DNA of 64,000 bases from Bacillota bacterium. GTDB lineage: Bacteria > Bacillota > JAAYKD01. The translations under genes were made by a program, and so were the position numbers. Shown here one piece after another: positions 1 to 10,173 of this stretch. The stretch covers positions 1,184,001 through 1,248,000 of the forward strand of contig OY762825.2 in assembly GCA_963666425.2 (NCBI GenBank), in the 5' to 3' direction. Each line of letters begins with the position of its first letter. The first letter of the stretch is position 1. The notes below the pieces were generated by a model. The model saw nothing but the letters and a program-made list of their open reading frames with translations, did no database searches and was not told where the DNA came from.

Positions 1-77
1 GCACCCTCCGTTTCAAACAATAACGCCTTGGTCGTTGTGCTGCCGAGATCGACGATCAAATATCTCTTCTTCTCCAT
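1..77 (-). CDS. 5' end of an ASKHA-family ATPase, resembling glutamate mutase L (GlmL)-type reactivases; runs off the window edge
   Basis: Manual translation from ATG at 77: MEKKRYLIVDLGSTTTKALLFETEG, with a DxGSTxTK phosphate-1 motif. Confidence 0.55.
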   Translation of the reverse strand, partial: MEKKRYLIVDLGSTTTKALLFETEG

Positions 78-99
78 CAAGATCCTGCCCTTCTTCGTA

Positions 100-130
100 T
101 CTTCGAGCGGTGCAAAGCGCCGCTCGAAGA
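100..130. terminator. GC-rich hairpin downstream of pssA
   Basis: tcttcgagcggtgc-aaa-gcgccgctcgaaga inverted repeat; no clear U-tract. Confidence 0.4.
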
Positions 131-148
131 GTGCCGTGTCACTGTTTT

Positions 149-871
149 TCAAATTTCATTGGCGCCGATCCAGACACACCTGAACATCGCGCCTAAGTAG
201 TTGCTTTTCTGTTTTCCAGATATGTGTAGAGAAAACCACTGAAGGTATAAAGCATGAGCGGCAAAAAAAGCCACTCCAGAGCAAAGTAACAGAACACTGC
301 AATGAGCCAGAATCGATAGCAGAATCCCGGCAGGCCTTTTTAAAAAAGGCACCGCCTTCAAATCCGGATAGCGAATGCGGCTCACCATCAAAAAAGCCAG
401 CAAGAGGGTGAAAGCCGCCATACCCCAGGCTGTCAGCCACTGCCAATGCAGTGCTGTTGCCGCCAGAATGCCACCCGCACCGGTGATTGGCATGCCGGTG
501 AATCCTTTGCCCGGTATACTGACATTGGTGTTAAAACGAGCCAGACGCAAAGCGCCGCAGACTGCAAAAGTGATGCCCACCAGCATACCGGCCAGACCCA
601 TTTGCTGCAGCAGCATGCGGTAAAGCAAAAAAGCGGGCGCTACACCAAACGAGACCACATCGCAAAGCGAATCCAGTTCTTTGCCAAAATCGCTGCCGCT
701 GGCACTGAACAGTCTGGCCACCTTACCATCCAGGGCATCAAAAATCATACTGCCCAAGACAGCCAGGACGGCCAGTGAATATTGTCCTTCCACTGCCAAT
801 TCCAGACTGATCAGTCCACAAACCAGATTCATGGCAGTACAAGCATTGGCCAGCCAAAAGCCCAGTTTCAT
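149..871 (-). CDS. pssA: CDP-diacylglycerol--serine O-phosphatidyltransferase; probable frameshift near 305-315, native stop probably at 193
   Basis: CDP-alcohol phosphatidyltransferase motif DALDGKVAR..FGKELDSLCDVVSFGVAP, plus ALRLARFN and FTGMPI; ATG at 871 directly follows the radA stop. Confidence 0.85.
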   Translation of the reverse strand: MKLGFWLANACTAMNLVCGLISLELAVEGQYSLAVLAVLGSMIFDALDGKVARLFSASGSDFGKELDSLCDVVSFGVAPAFLLYRMLLQQMGLAGMLVGITFAVCGALRLARFNTNVSIPGKGFTGMPITGAGGILAATALHWQWLTAWGMAAFTLLLAFLMVSRIRYPDLKAVPFLKRPAGILLSILAHCSVLLLCSGVAFFAAHALYLQWFSLHISGKQKSNYLGAMFRCVWIGANEI

Positions 872-872
872 C

Positions 873-2237
873 TTAATCCACCGCACCCTTCAAACCGGCG
901 GCAATCGCTTCCTGAATGTTGCGCACCGGTATTAGCTGGATCCCTTCCACCCGCACCGCTTTGCCGCTGGCGGGGATCAGAGCCCGCTCAAAACCCAGTC
1001 GGGCTGCTTCGCGCAGCCGCTGCTCTAAGCGGGTCACACTGCGCAATTCACCGGTCAAACCCACTTCTCCGATGGCAACTACACTGGCATCCAGCGGCCT
1101 TTCCCGGAAGCTGGAAGCCAGCGCTAAAATCACCGCCAAATCGGCGGCGGGCTCGCTGATTCGCAAGCCGCCGGCCACATTAATATACGCGTCCAGCATC
1201 CCCATCTGCAAACCCAGTCTTTTTTCTAAAATAGCAATCAGCATCGCCATACGGTTATGGTCGAAGCCATTGGCCAAGCGCCGGGGATTCTGATAATTGG
1301 TATTACTGACCAGCGCCTGCACTTCGGCCAACAGCGGACGGCTGCCTTCCAGCAGTGCGGTCACCGCAGAACCGGGTCCGTGCAGCGGTCGCTCTGCCAA
1401 GAAGATAGCAGAAGGATTTTTCACTTCAATCAAACCGCTCTCGGTCATTTCAAAAACACCGATTTCATTGGTGGAACCAAAACGATTTTTCACTGCCCGC
1501 ACAATCCGGAAATTCTGGTGATGATCGCCTTCAAAATAAAGCACCGTATCGACCATGTGTTCGAGCATTTTCGGGCCGGCAATGGCGCCTTCCTTGGTGA
1601 CATGACCGACAATGAAAATCACCATACCGGATGTTTTAGCCATGCGCATAAGCTGGGCTGTAATATCACGCACCTGACTGACCGTTCCGGGAGCAGAAGT
1701 TAAGTCGGAGCGATAGACGGTCTGGATGGAATCGATCACCATACAGCTGGGTTTCAGGCGCTGCACAATTTCCTGCAATTGATCCAGACAGGTTTCCGAT
1801 TGAATGTAAACCGTATCGGGCACCGCGCCCAAGCGATTCGCCCGCATTTTTATCTGCTGCTGCGATTCCTCACCGCTCCAATATAAAACCGAATTACGAC
1901 TCTGACCCAATAGCAAGGCGACCTGCAGCATCAGCGTGGATTTTCCGATGCCGGGTTCTCCCCCAACTAAAATCAGCGAACCCTCTACCAGACCGCCGCC
2001 CAGCACCCGGTCCAGCTCCTCAATGCCGACCAGACACCTCTGCTCTTTGGCTAAGGTTACCTTCGTAAGCTGCTGCGGCTCCGATAAACGCTCGCCTCCT
2101 TTGCTGTGAGGTTCAGCGGTCGGTTCCAATTCTTCCACAAAGCTGCTCCAGCTGTCGCAATCGGGACAGCGGCCCAGCCATTTACTGGTCGTGTAACCAC
2201 ATTGCTGACAGACAAATCTCGTTTTTTCTTTGGCCAG
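873..2237 (-). CDS. radA: DNA repair protein RadA/Sms
   Basis: Zn finger CQQCG..WLGRCPDC, Walker A GEPGIGKS, KNRFG motif, Lon-like C-terminus; start placed at CTG 2237 behind SD AGGAGGTG. Confidence 0.95.
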   Translation of the reverse strand: MAKEKTRFVCQQCGYTTSKWLGRCPDCDSWSSFVEELEPTAEPHSKGGERLSEPQQLTKVTLAKEQRCLVGIEELDRVLGGGLVEGSLILVGGEPGIGKSTLMLQVALLLGQSRNSVLYWSGEESQQQIKMRANRLGAVPDTVYIQSETCLDQLQEIVQRLKPSCMVIDSIQTVYRSDLTSAPGTVSQVRDITAQLMRMAKTSGMVIFIVGHVTKEGAIAGPKMLEHMVDTVLYFEGDHHQNFRIVRAVKNRFGSTNEIGVFEMTESGLIEVKNPSAIFLAERPLHGPGSAVTALLEGSRPLLAEVQALVSNTNYQNPRRLANGFDHNRMAMLIAILEKRLGLQMGMLDAYINVAGGLRISEPAADLAVILALASSFRERPLDASVVAIGEVGLTGELRSVTRLEQRLREAARLGFERALIPASGKAVRVEGIQLIPVRNIQEAIAAGLKGAVD

Positions 2238-2319
2238 CGGAAAACACCTCCTACCCATACTCTATCTCAACGGTTCTATCCGATATTAAAAAGAGAAAAT
2301 AAATGATTATCTTTTCTTT

Positions 2320-2345
2320 GTTCTGCATACAGAAGCTGGATTCCT
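2320..2345 (-). promoter_or_regulatory. sigma-H-like promoter of radA
   Basis: AGGA-N18-GAAC on the minus strand. Confidence 0.45.
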
Positions 2346-2801
2346 TGTCAGAGCGAAAAGTCAGGCGGCAATCGATTGATCCTTTCTGTTAGTTGGCAAA
2401 ACCAAAGGGTCAGCTCAAAAACTCGCACTAATAATTACCACCAAGTGTATTTCCATAAAAGTCTCTTTATAAACCGGCCTGTTGCCCGATCTCCGCGTTC
2501 CTCTGGTCGAGAAGAAAAACGACTGCTTCAGCACCGACTTTGCCGACCTGAGCCCGCTCGATCGTTTGTCTCATCCATTGTATTATAACGAGTATTTTAA
2601 TTTGCTTATGAATATCCCAGTAGGTTAGTCTACTGCCATTATGATTATTGTACTTCATAACCGAGGATTGATTCGTCTAATTCCTAGATCCGTTCTCGTA
2701 ATGGGGGGTTCTGTGGGAATGCACGTTGATTCAACAGATATCCCATGGATTCAATTGGTTCCTTTTTTCTCAATGTCTGTGATTTCCAAGTTTTAGCAAA
2801 A

Positions 2802-2830
2802 TTGACATCCCCTTTTATTTCCTATATACT
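2802..2830 (+). promoter_or_regulatory. sigma-A promoter with no sizeable ORF directly downstream
   Basis: TTGACA-N17-TATACT. Confidence 0.6.
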
Positions 2831-3145
2831 CATAGCAGTAATCTTATTACTATATGTCATAAGACAAATAAATACATGATACAAAATTATTTATCTGAAG
2901 GAGGTGTTACCATTGAACAGAGTATAATGCAAATTCTAAAAATAGAGCAGAATAGAGGAGTGTGTCAAGGAGGTACTAATCTTATCCAATTCAAAAATAG
3001 CAGGCATATGTTTCTATGAAAGAGAGTATTATGTTGTTGCCAAGTAGCTTTGACCGCAAACTGACATCAATCATGATTACTTTCCAGCAAATGGCTGTTT
3101 TGACAAACGATAGAGGCTTAGTATATTAGAAGAAAGCGGTGAACC

Positions 3146-4444
3146 ATGAAAAAGCTATTTAAACTGTTCGTATTGTTAATGATTGCTTTCTCTCTGGCAA
3201 GCTGTAATGATAAATTTCCAAGCATATCAGATACACCACAAGGAGAACCTGTTAAACCCCCAATAACTGTAGAAAATATACCAGACCCAACTCCTTTAGA
3301 AACAAAGATTGACTATTTAGTAAACGAACAAATTCCACTTGGTAATATAGAAGATATTTTGGAGGAGAGTGGGGTGGTCGGTGAGACGGCCTATCTTGAT
3401 TACAAGCCTGGTATTCAGTATTTCCTTGGGTTCGATAAAAATCGGAACTTAATTTTGATTGAAGACGGCACAACATTTGATTTAGTTTCTATGCCCAAAA
3501 AAGGGAATAAAAAAATTCTTGTTGAAAACATAATGGACGACCGCAATCGTCAAATAAAATTTGCGATTTATCAGGAACCCTATTTAGTTTGGTCTGAATG
3601 TCCAAATGCTAAAACATTGCCAGATCCAACAGACGGTTCTGACTGGGCGGTATACCTTTTAAATGTGGAAACGAAAAAAAAGACTTTAATTGATTATGAT
3701 CAAGGTTTACGTGTTGATCTCAAATATCTACACCACTATTTATGTCCTATGCTACTGGATATTGATGGAGACTATATTGTTTACCCTGGTTTTGCAAAAA
3801 ATACTCAAAATACAATTGTACCAATAATAAAAACCTACCAAATATCCACTAAAGAGATAAAGATAATTGAAGAATTAAAATCAGACCTTTTTCATAATGC
3901 TTTAGGTGCACCTAGCATTTATGGAAATTTGATTACATGGCCAGAAGCTTATATCAATGAAGATTCAACTTATGATGGATTTTGTGTATTGTACGACTTA
4001 AGTACCGGAGAAAAAAAGAAAATATTAACACCAGAAAATGTTATTAACCCAACCTTAACAGATGGCTACTTAATAGCAACGAATCAACCAAATGTGACTT
4101 TTTATGATGCGGAAATTGTTGTTTTAGATTTAACAGACATGACATGGAAATTGAAAATAAACAGCAAGTTTTCTATTTATTCAAATAGTAGGTATAATCC
4201 CCTCTATGTTTCTGGTTGTAACGAGGATTTTTGTACTTGGGATGCTCCTATGATTGATTCATTAGCATTTTTGGATTATAGACACCAACTCTTATATCAT
4301 CTTATTAAAAAGGAAGAAGGTCATCAAGTAAATCACCCAATTATTCATAATGGTAATGTACTTACATGGTTCGAGCATGTTGAGACCGAAAACGGGTTAA
4401 CTGTTAGATTATATTATTATTATTTTAAGGCGTTTGGCCAGTAA
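3146..4444 (+). CDS. AT-rich lipoprotein of unknown function, probably a beta-propeller
   Basis: Signal peptide with lipobox LASC, Pro-rich linker, repeated beta-strand segments (YLVWSE, YIVY, LITW, VLTWFE); TTGACA-N16-TATATT at 3100-3127. Confidence 0.8.
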   Translation: MKKLFKLFVLLMIAFSLASCNDKFPSISDTPQGEPVKPPITVENIPDPTPLETKIDYLVNEQIPLGNIEDILEESGVVGETAYLDYKPGIQYFLGFDKNRNLILIEDGTTFDLVSMPKKGNKKILVENIMDDRNRQIKFAIYQEPYLVWSECPNAKTLPDPTDGSDWAVYLLNVETKKKTLIDYDQGLRVDLKYLHHYLCPMLLDIDGDYIVYPGFAKNTQNTIVPIIKTYQISTKEIKIIEELKSDLFHNALGAPSIYGNLITWPEAYINEDSTYDGFCVLYDLSTGEKKKILTPENVINPTLTDGYLIATNQPNVTFYDAEIVVLDLTDMTWKLKINSKFSIYSNSRYNPLYVSGCNEDFCTWDAPMIDSLAFLDYRHQLLYHLIKKEEGHQVNHPIIHNGNVLTWFEHVETENGLTVRLYYYYFKAFGQ

Positions 4445-4592
4445 AAAGGGGTGGTCAACAGGCCACCCTGCAAAATTATAAGTGAAGGTTTAGGAAAATC
4501 GACAACTTATATTCGATTAAAGTAAACCCTTACTTAATCAAGCATCTCCTTTAAAACGCCGACTTTTTAAGGGAACGAACAAGAATGAAAAA

Positions 4593-4627
4593 GGAGCTGC
4601 AGCAATTTTTCGTTTTGCTGCAACTCC
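4593..4627. repeat. Dispersed palindromic repeat copy 1; likely terminator of clpC
   Basis: ggagctgcagcaatttttcgttttgctgcaactcc with A/T tracts on both sides; same core at 24976 and 40291. Confidence 0.7.
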
Positions 4628-4656
4628 CTTTTTTGTGTACGATTCTTATGTTCCGA

Positions 4657-7104
4657 TTATTCTGCTTTGAAACGCAGTTTGCCATCGCTGCAGCTGACTA
4701 AGACCTTTTGTCCGTGCTGGATGCGGCCTTCCAGCAATTCTTCACTCAAGGCATCTTCAATCTGACGCTGAATGGCTCTGCGCAGCGGCCGGGCACCAAA
4801 GAGCGGATCAAACCCCGCTTTGGCCAACAGCTGCTTTGCTTCCGGCTCCAGTTCGATTTTGATATCGAATACCTGCAGCCGTTTCGCCACATCTTTGAGC
4901 ATGACATCCACAATGGCTTCAATTTCTGTTTCGCTCAGTTGCTGGAATACAATCGTATCATCCACTCGGTTGAGAAATTCCGGCCTGAAAACGCGTTTCA
5001 GTTCCAGGTTCAAGCGTTCCTTCATCGCCTCGTACTCGGTGTTTTCTACCGGAGAGGAAACGACAAAGCCCAGAGAAGATTGTTTGCGGATGGTCTCTGC
5101 ACCGGCATTGGAAGTCATAATCACAATGGTATTACGGAAATTAACCGTCCGACCCAAAGAATCCGTCAGGATGCCGTCATCCAGCAGCTGCAGCAAGACA
5201 TTGAATACTTCCGGATGCGCTTTTTCAATTTCATCCAAAAGCACCACACTATAAGGATGCTGCCTGACTTTTTCTGTTAACTGGCCGCCTTCTTCATAAC
5301 CAACATAACCGGGAGGCGCACCGATCAGGCGAGAGACATTATGGCGCTCCATGTATTCCGACATGTCGATACGAATCAATGCATCCTCGCTGCCAAACAT
5401 GGCTTCGGCCAAGGCTTTCGCCAATTCCGTTTTACCAACACCAGTCGGACCAAGGAAGATAAAGGAACCAATCGGGCGTTTGGGATCTTTTAAGCCCGCT
5501 CTGGCACGCCGGATGGCTCTGGCGACCGCATTGACCGCTTCCTCTTGACCAATCACACGCTTATGCAGTTCTTTTTCCAAATTCAGCAAGCGCTGGCTGT
5601 CTTCTTGGGTCAGCCGCTCTACCGGCACGTTCGTCCAGGAAGAGACAATATGAGCAATGTCATCCGCTGTCACTTCCGGCCGTCCGGTACTTTGCTGCTG
5701 CTTCCAACTTTGCCGAATGCTCTCCAGTTCAGTCCGCAGCTGCGCTTCCTGATCACGCAGCGCCGCAGCTTGTTCAAAAGCCTGGTTATTGATGGCTTCT
5801 TCTTTCTCGCTGCGCAATTTATTCAATTCTTCTTCTTTTTCTTTGACATCAGACGGCGTAGTATGACTTTGCAGACGCACGCGCGAACCGGCTTCATCAA
5901 TCAGATCGATGGCTTTATCCGGCAGGAAACGGTCAGCGATATAGCGATCCGAAAGCCGCACCGCTGCTTCGATGGCTTCTTCTGTTATTTTCACGCCGTG
6001 ATGCGCTTCGTAACGGTCACGCAAGCCTTTGAGAATTTCAATCGATTGTTCAATCGTAGGCGGTTCCACCATGATCGGTTGAAAACGGCGCTCTAAAGCG
6101 GCGTCTTTTTCAATATAGTGGCGATATTCTTTTAAGGTGGTAGCGCCAATGGTTTGCACTTCGCCGCGGGCCAATGCCGGTTTCAGGATATTGGAAGCAT
6201 CCACTGCTCCCTCTGCCCCGCCTGCTCCTACCAAGGTGTGCAACTCGTCGATAAACAAAATCACCTGCTTGGATTGTTTTACTTCCTCCAGCAATTTTTG
6301 CATCCGTTCTTCAAATTCACCGCGGTATTTGGTGCCGGAAATTAAATTTCCCATTTCCAGCGCAACCACTCGCTTATCGCGCAGTGTCTCCGGTACTTGT
6401 CCGGCCACGATCATGCTGGCCAACCCTTCCGCAATGGCTGTTTTGCCAACGCCGGGTTCGCCGATCAGCACCGGATTGTTCTTGGTACGGCGGGATAAAA
6501 TCTGAATCACCCGCTCAATTTCCTTATCGCGGCCGATGACCGGATCCAACTTATTATCGGCAGCCAGCTTATTCAGGTCGCGGCCCATCTTATCCAATAA
6601 CGGGGTTGCCGGGGTCTTGCTCTGTTTTTGGCTGGCAGCGGATTTCTGATTTTCCTGCGGAACATAACCGCCGTCCAGCAAAGCCAGAATCGTCTGGCGC
6701 AATTCCTCCAAGGAGACACCTTTATCGATCAGAATACGAGCGCCGATGCCTTCTCCTTCTCGTGCTAAGGCCAAAAGCAGATGCTCCGTACCCACATAAT
6801 TACTTTTTAGGCTCACTGCCTCCTGAAACGCGATCTCGATCAAACGTTTCACCCTTGGAGACGGTTGGACGGGAAAGTCGGATTTCTCTTCACCGGCCGG
6901 GCTGTATTCCGCCAGCGCTTCCTCAATCACTTCGGCTGTAATTTGCATACTTTCTAAAGCACTGGCGGCAATGCTGTCTGTGCCTTTGGCCAGACCCCAC
7001 AGCACATGCTCGGTGCCAATCACGGTATGATTCATTTGTTCGGCTAGATTTTGAGCAGCTAATAACGCTTGATTGGCGCGTTCGGTAAATTGTAGACTAT
7101 TCAT
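4657..7104 (-). CDS. clpC: ATP-dependent Clp protease ATP-binding subunit ClpC
   Basis: Clp N-domain repeats, two AAA+ modules ([16 protein letters not shown]), UVR middle domain, operon context. Confidence 0.97.
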   Translation of the reverse strand: MNSLQFTERANQALLAAQNLAEQMNHTVIGTEHVLWGLAKGTDSIAASALESMQITAEVIEEALAEYSPAGEEKSDFPVQPSPRVKRLIEIAFQEAVSLKSNYVGTEHLLLALAREGEGIGARILIDKGVSLEELRQTILALLDGGYVPQENQKSAASQKQSKTPATPLLDKMGRDLNKLAADNKLDPVIGRDKEIERVIQILSRRTKNNPVLIGEPGVGKTAIAEGLASMIVAGQVPETLRDKRVVALEMGNLISGTKYRGEFEERMQKLLEEVKQSKQVILFIDELHTLVGAGGAEGAVDASNILKPALARGEVQTIGATTLKEYRHYIEKDAALERRFQPIMVEPPTIEQSIEILKGLRDRYEAHHGVKITEEAIEAAVRLSDRYIADRFLPDKAIDLIDEAGSRVRLQSHTTPSDVKEKEEELNKLRSEKEEAINNQAFEQAAALRDQEAQLRTELESIRQSWKQQQSTGRPEVTADDIAHIVSSWTNVPVERLTQEDSQRLLNLEKELHKRVIGQEEAVNAVARAIRRARAGLKDPKRPIGSFIFLGPTGVGKTELAKALAEAMFGSEDALIRIDMSEYMERHNVSRLIGAPPGYVGYEEGGQLTEKVRQHPYSVVLLDEIEKAHPEVFNVLLQLLDDGILTDSLGRTVNFRNTIVIMTSNAGAETIRKQSSLGFVVSSPVENTEYEAMKERLNLELKRVFRPEFLNRVDDTIVFQQLSETEIEAIVDVMLKDVAKRLQVFDIKIELEPEAKQLLAKAGFDPLFGARPLRRAIQRQIEDALSEELLEGRIQHGQKVLVSCSDGKLRFKAE

Positions 7105-7106
7105 GG

Positions 7107-8195
7107 CTACTCCTCCTGTTTTTCTTCCTGTTTCATGCTTGTTTGTGCCAGCAGACGGCGCATCACTGCGGCGCGCTGAACATCCCGTTGATCGGTTGTA
7201 AGTGTTGCTTGCGATGCTTGATTCAGCCAGGCCGGCTGCAATTGCACCATCAGACTGTTCAATTCCTGATAGCTGAGATGCTCCAGCAAATTCAACTCCA
7301 CACCCAACCTTAAATCAGACAGCTTTTGCACCGCTTCTTTGCCGTTCAGCAGCCAGGCATTGCTTAAAATACCCAGTGTGCGGCCGATCCGGTCGCGCAG
7401 CTGTAGCGGAATTTGCGCGAAGAGCTGCAGGCGGGTTTTGCGTTCTTCTTCCACCACTTGCTTGACAATCGCCTGTAAATTCGTCAGGATCTCCTCTTCG
7501 GATTGACCCAGGGAAATTTGATTGGAAATCTGAAAAATCTGGCCGATCGCCTCGGTACCTTCACCATAAAAACCACGTACGACCATACCCAATTGATTGA
7601 TGCCGGTGATAAAGGAACCGATTTTTTTACTGATCACCAGTGCCGGTAGGTGCACCATCACCGAAGCACGCAATCCGGTGCCGACATTGGTAGGACAAGC
7701 TGTGATATAGCCGAATTCCTTGCTGAAAGCAATCTCTAGCTGCGCTTCCAGCAGATCGTCAATTTCGTTCGCCAGTTGCCAGGCTTGCTCCAACTGCAAA
7801 CCGCTGAGCAATACCTGTAAGCGAAGATGGTCTTCTTCATTGACCATAATACTGACCGCTTCATCCTGCCTCAGGATCAGGGCGGTGGATTCTGGCTTTT
7901 CCGCCATGACGGGGCTCATCAAGTGTTTATCAATTAAAATTCTCTGTTGATCGGGATTGAGTTCCTGCAAGCGGATCAACTGCCAATTGTCTTTTGTCTT
8001 TTCACTGAGCAGTGGAAGCAGAGCCGTCAATTGATCCAATAATTTGGCAGTGTCCTCTGCTGTCTGGTGTCCGGGGAAAGCAAGCTGATTGAGATTACGT
8101 GCCAACCGGATCCGGGTCGAGAGAATCACATCCTGATCGGGACCGTTCTGCATCCAGAAAGTTGCTGCCTGGGTGCAATGCTGTTCTACAGACAT
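7107..8195 (-). CDS. mcsB: Protein arginine kinase McsB
   Basis: STRIRLARN, NEEDH and CPTNVGTG phosphagen-kinase motifs; operon position. Confidence 0.95.
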   Translation of the reverse strand: MSVEQHCTQAATFWMQNGPDQDVILSTRIRLARNLNQLAFPGHQTAEDTAKLLDQLTALLPLLSEKTKDNWQLIRLQELNPDQQRILIDKHLMSPVMAEKPESTALILRQDEAVSIMVNEEDHLRLQVLLSGLQLEQAWQLANEIDDLLEAQLEIAFSKEFGYITACPTNVGTGLRASVMVHLPALVISKKIGSFITGINQLGMVVRGFYGEGTEAIGQIFQISNQISLGQSEEEILTNLQAIVKQVVEEERKTRLQLFAQIPLQLRDRIGRTLGILSNAWLLNGKEAVQKLSDLRLGVELNLLEHLSYQELNSLMVQLQPAWLNQASQATLTTDQRDVQRAAVMRRLLAQTSMKQEEKQEE

Positions 8196-8198
8196 GGC

Positions 8199-8726
8199 TT
8201 ATTCCTCCTTTTGCTCGGGTTGAGACAATTGCTTGATCTCATCGCGTAAGGCTGCGGCGTGCTCAAACGCTTCTTCGCTGATCGCCTGCTGCAGCTGCTG
8301 CTTCAATTCAGCCAAACGATACTGACGCTGCAGTCCCTGGCCGGCCCGCAGCGGAATTTTACCTGTATGCTGATTGCTGCCATGAATGCGCCGGAAAAGC
8401 GGCGGCAGATGGTCACCGAAGGTAACATAACATTGAGCACAGCCAAAACGCCCCTGGCGCTTGAATTGATCAAATGTCATACCGCAAAACGGGCAGGTCA
8501 GCGAATCGGTCTTTTCCCCCTGTTCCGGTTTTGGCGAGGCAGTCTCCTGCATTAAGCCGGAGAGTAAATGATGCATAGAAAATTGAATGGGGAAAGCCAG
8601 ATTGATACCAAACGCGCTATGCTTGGCAGCACAGGTTTCACAAAGATGAAGTTCAATTTTTTGTCCGTTGATCATTTGTGTTAAATGAACATTAGCAGTT
8701 TTTTGTTGACATTCCTGACAAAGCAT
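8199..8726 (-). CDS. mcsA: McsB activator McsA
   Basis: Four CxxC motifs and a C-terminal UVR domain (EAFEHAAALRDEI). Confidence 0.95.
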   Translation of the reverse strand: MLCQECQQKTANVHLTQMINGQKIELHLCETCAAKHSAFGINLAFPIQFSMHHLLSGLMQETASPKPEQGEKTDSLTCPFCGMTFDQFKRQGRFGCAQCYVTFGDHLPPLFRRIHGSNQHTGKIPLRAGQGLQRQYRLAELKQQLQQAISEEAFEHAAALRDEIKQLSQPEQKEE

Positions 8727-8738
8727 GATTTATTCCTC

Positions 8739-9209
8739 CTATTCATTCTCGGTAGTTAACAAGGCTAAAATCATATTGCGTAAAATAGCCGCCCGCACCT
8801 GATCGCGCAGCGGCAGCGGAATAGTCAGACTTGTTTGCCTCATGGCAGACTGCATAATTGCTTTTTCACGCTGGGAGATAATTTCTTCATCTGCCAGGCG
8901 GTCACAAATATGATAGGCACTTTCCGAATCAATCATCGAGGGCAGCTGATTGAGCAACTGGCGCGACCAATGGCTGTTTTGATCGGAATACTGTAAACGG
9001 GTTATACTGACATGTCCGCCGCCACCCCGTCTGCTTTCCACTAAAAATCCCCGTTCCGGTGTGAAGCGTGTTGTCAGAACGTAATTGATCTGCGAGGGTA
9101 CACAAGAAAATTGCTCTGCCAGATTGCTGCGGACGATTTCCACAGTAGTGGAATCGGATTCCTCCACCAGGGCACGTAAGTAATGCTCAATAATATCTGC
9201 AAGTGTCAC
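8739..9209 (-). CDS. ctsR: Class III heat-shock repressor CtsR
   Basis: CVPSQINYVLTTRF and ESRRGGGG motifs. Confidence 0.95.
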   Translation of the reverse strand: MTLADIIEHYLRALVEESDSTTVEIVRSNLAEQFSCVPSQINYVLTTRFTPERGFLVESRRGGGGHVSITRLQYSDQNSHWSRQLLNQLPSMIDSESAYHICDRLADEEIISQREKAIMQSAMRQTSLTIPLPLRDQVRAAILRNMILALLTTENE

Positions 9210-9284
9210 AAATGTTCTCCCCTTTCCAAAACACGATACCGAAGCAGAAAGCGGTTAAAAACCCTATCCTTTTTTGCCTCTGAC

Positions 9285-9333
9285 TTTGACTATCTTTGAC
9301 CTTTAGTATAAACAGTTTCATCTCTTTTGTCAA
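9285..9333 (-). promoter_or_regulatory. sigma-A promoter of the ctsR operon with CtsR operator
   Basis: TTGACA(9333-9328)-N17-TATACT(9310-9305), then GGTCAAA-GAT-AGTCAAA (9301-9285), matching the CtsR heptad direct repeat. Confidence 0.9.
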
Positions 9334-9345
9334 GAGCAAAAAACA

Positions 9346-9395
9346 AAAAACTGTTTTACCAGAAGGGTCTCCATCCTTCTGGTAAAGCAGTTTTT
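9346..9395. terminator. Intrinsic terminator after the rhomboid gene
   Basis: aaaaactgttttaccagaagg / ccttctggtaaagcagttttt inverted repeat. Confidence 0.7.
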
Positions 9396-9408
9396 AAATA
9401 GCTTTTGC

Positions 9409-10140
9409 TCAATTGAATGATTCGTCTGAGTCGGTATCGTCTTGCGAAAAATCCAATGACCCAGGGTTTTGTTTTCTCGTATGGTTATACCAATAACCAA
9501 CCGCCGCGCCAAAAATGAAACCTCCCACATGAACCCAGTAAGCCACATTTTGACCGGAACCGGCCATGACCTGACGGCCGCTGATCACCTGCAGCAAAAA
9601 CCAGATACCCAGGTAAACAACTGCCGGTACGTTGAAAGGGAACAAAAACAGCACAAAAAAAGGAATGATCGTGCGGATTTTCGCCTTGGGAAACATCATG
9701 AAATAAGCGCCCAAGACACCGGCAATGGCTCCGCTGGCTCCGATCACCGGTATCATCGAAGCAGGTTCGGTGGCAATTTGCAGTAAATTTCCGATCAATC
9801 CGCTGCACAAATAGATCAGTAAAAACCGCCAGCGACCCAGTTTATCTTCAACATTATCCCCGAAAATCCAGAGATATAAAACATTACCTAACAAATGTCC
9901 CCAGCCGCCATGAAGGAACTGTGAGCTAACCAGAGTAAGCCAAAACGGAATTCCAATGAATGGCCAAGCAGAAGCTCCGCTGAAATAGGCTGGCGTCATG
10001 CCGTAGACACGATTGAGCAAGGTCAGATCGCGTGAACTTAAGGTCGTTGACCAGATAAAAATCAGGGTATTCAAGGCGATTAAGATCAAGGTCATGACCG
10101 GCCAATGCTTGGCCCGAATACTGTCTCGAACCGGAATCAT
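9409..10140 (-). CDS. Rhomboid family intramembrane serine protease
   Basis: FLHGGWGHLLGN, GASGA (catalytic Ser), AYWVHVGG (catalytic His). Confidence 0.92.
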   Translation of the reverse strand: MIPVRDSIRAKHWPVMTLILIALNTLIFIWSTTLSSRDLTLLNRVYGMTPAYFSGASAWPFIGIPFWLTLVSSQFLHGGWGHLLGNVLYLWIFGDNVEDKLGRWRFLLIYLCSGLIGNLLQIATEPASMIPVIGASGAIAGVLGAYFMMFPKAKIRTIIPFFVLFLFPFNVPAVVYLGIWFLLQVISGRQVMAGSGQNVAYWVHVGGFIFGAAVGYWYNHTRKQNPGSLDFSQDDTDSDESFN

Positions 10141-10173
10141 TTGATCTCACCCCGCAATTCCTTCCCAACCTAT

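Noticed and set aside
2460-2660. GC-richer patch with short ORFs upstream of radA, possible transposase fragment
   Set aside because: No recognisable transposase motif or terminal repeat in any frame I translated
4708-6941. Several long plus-strand ORFs inside clpC
   Set aside because: Antisense shadows of a conserved gene; no SD or recognisable motifs
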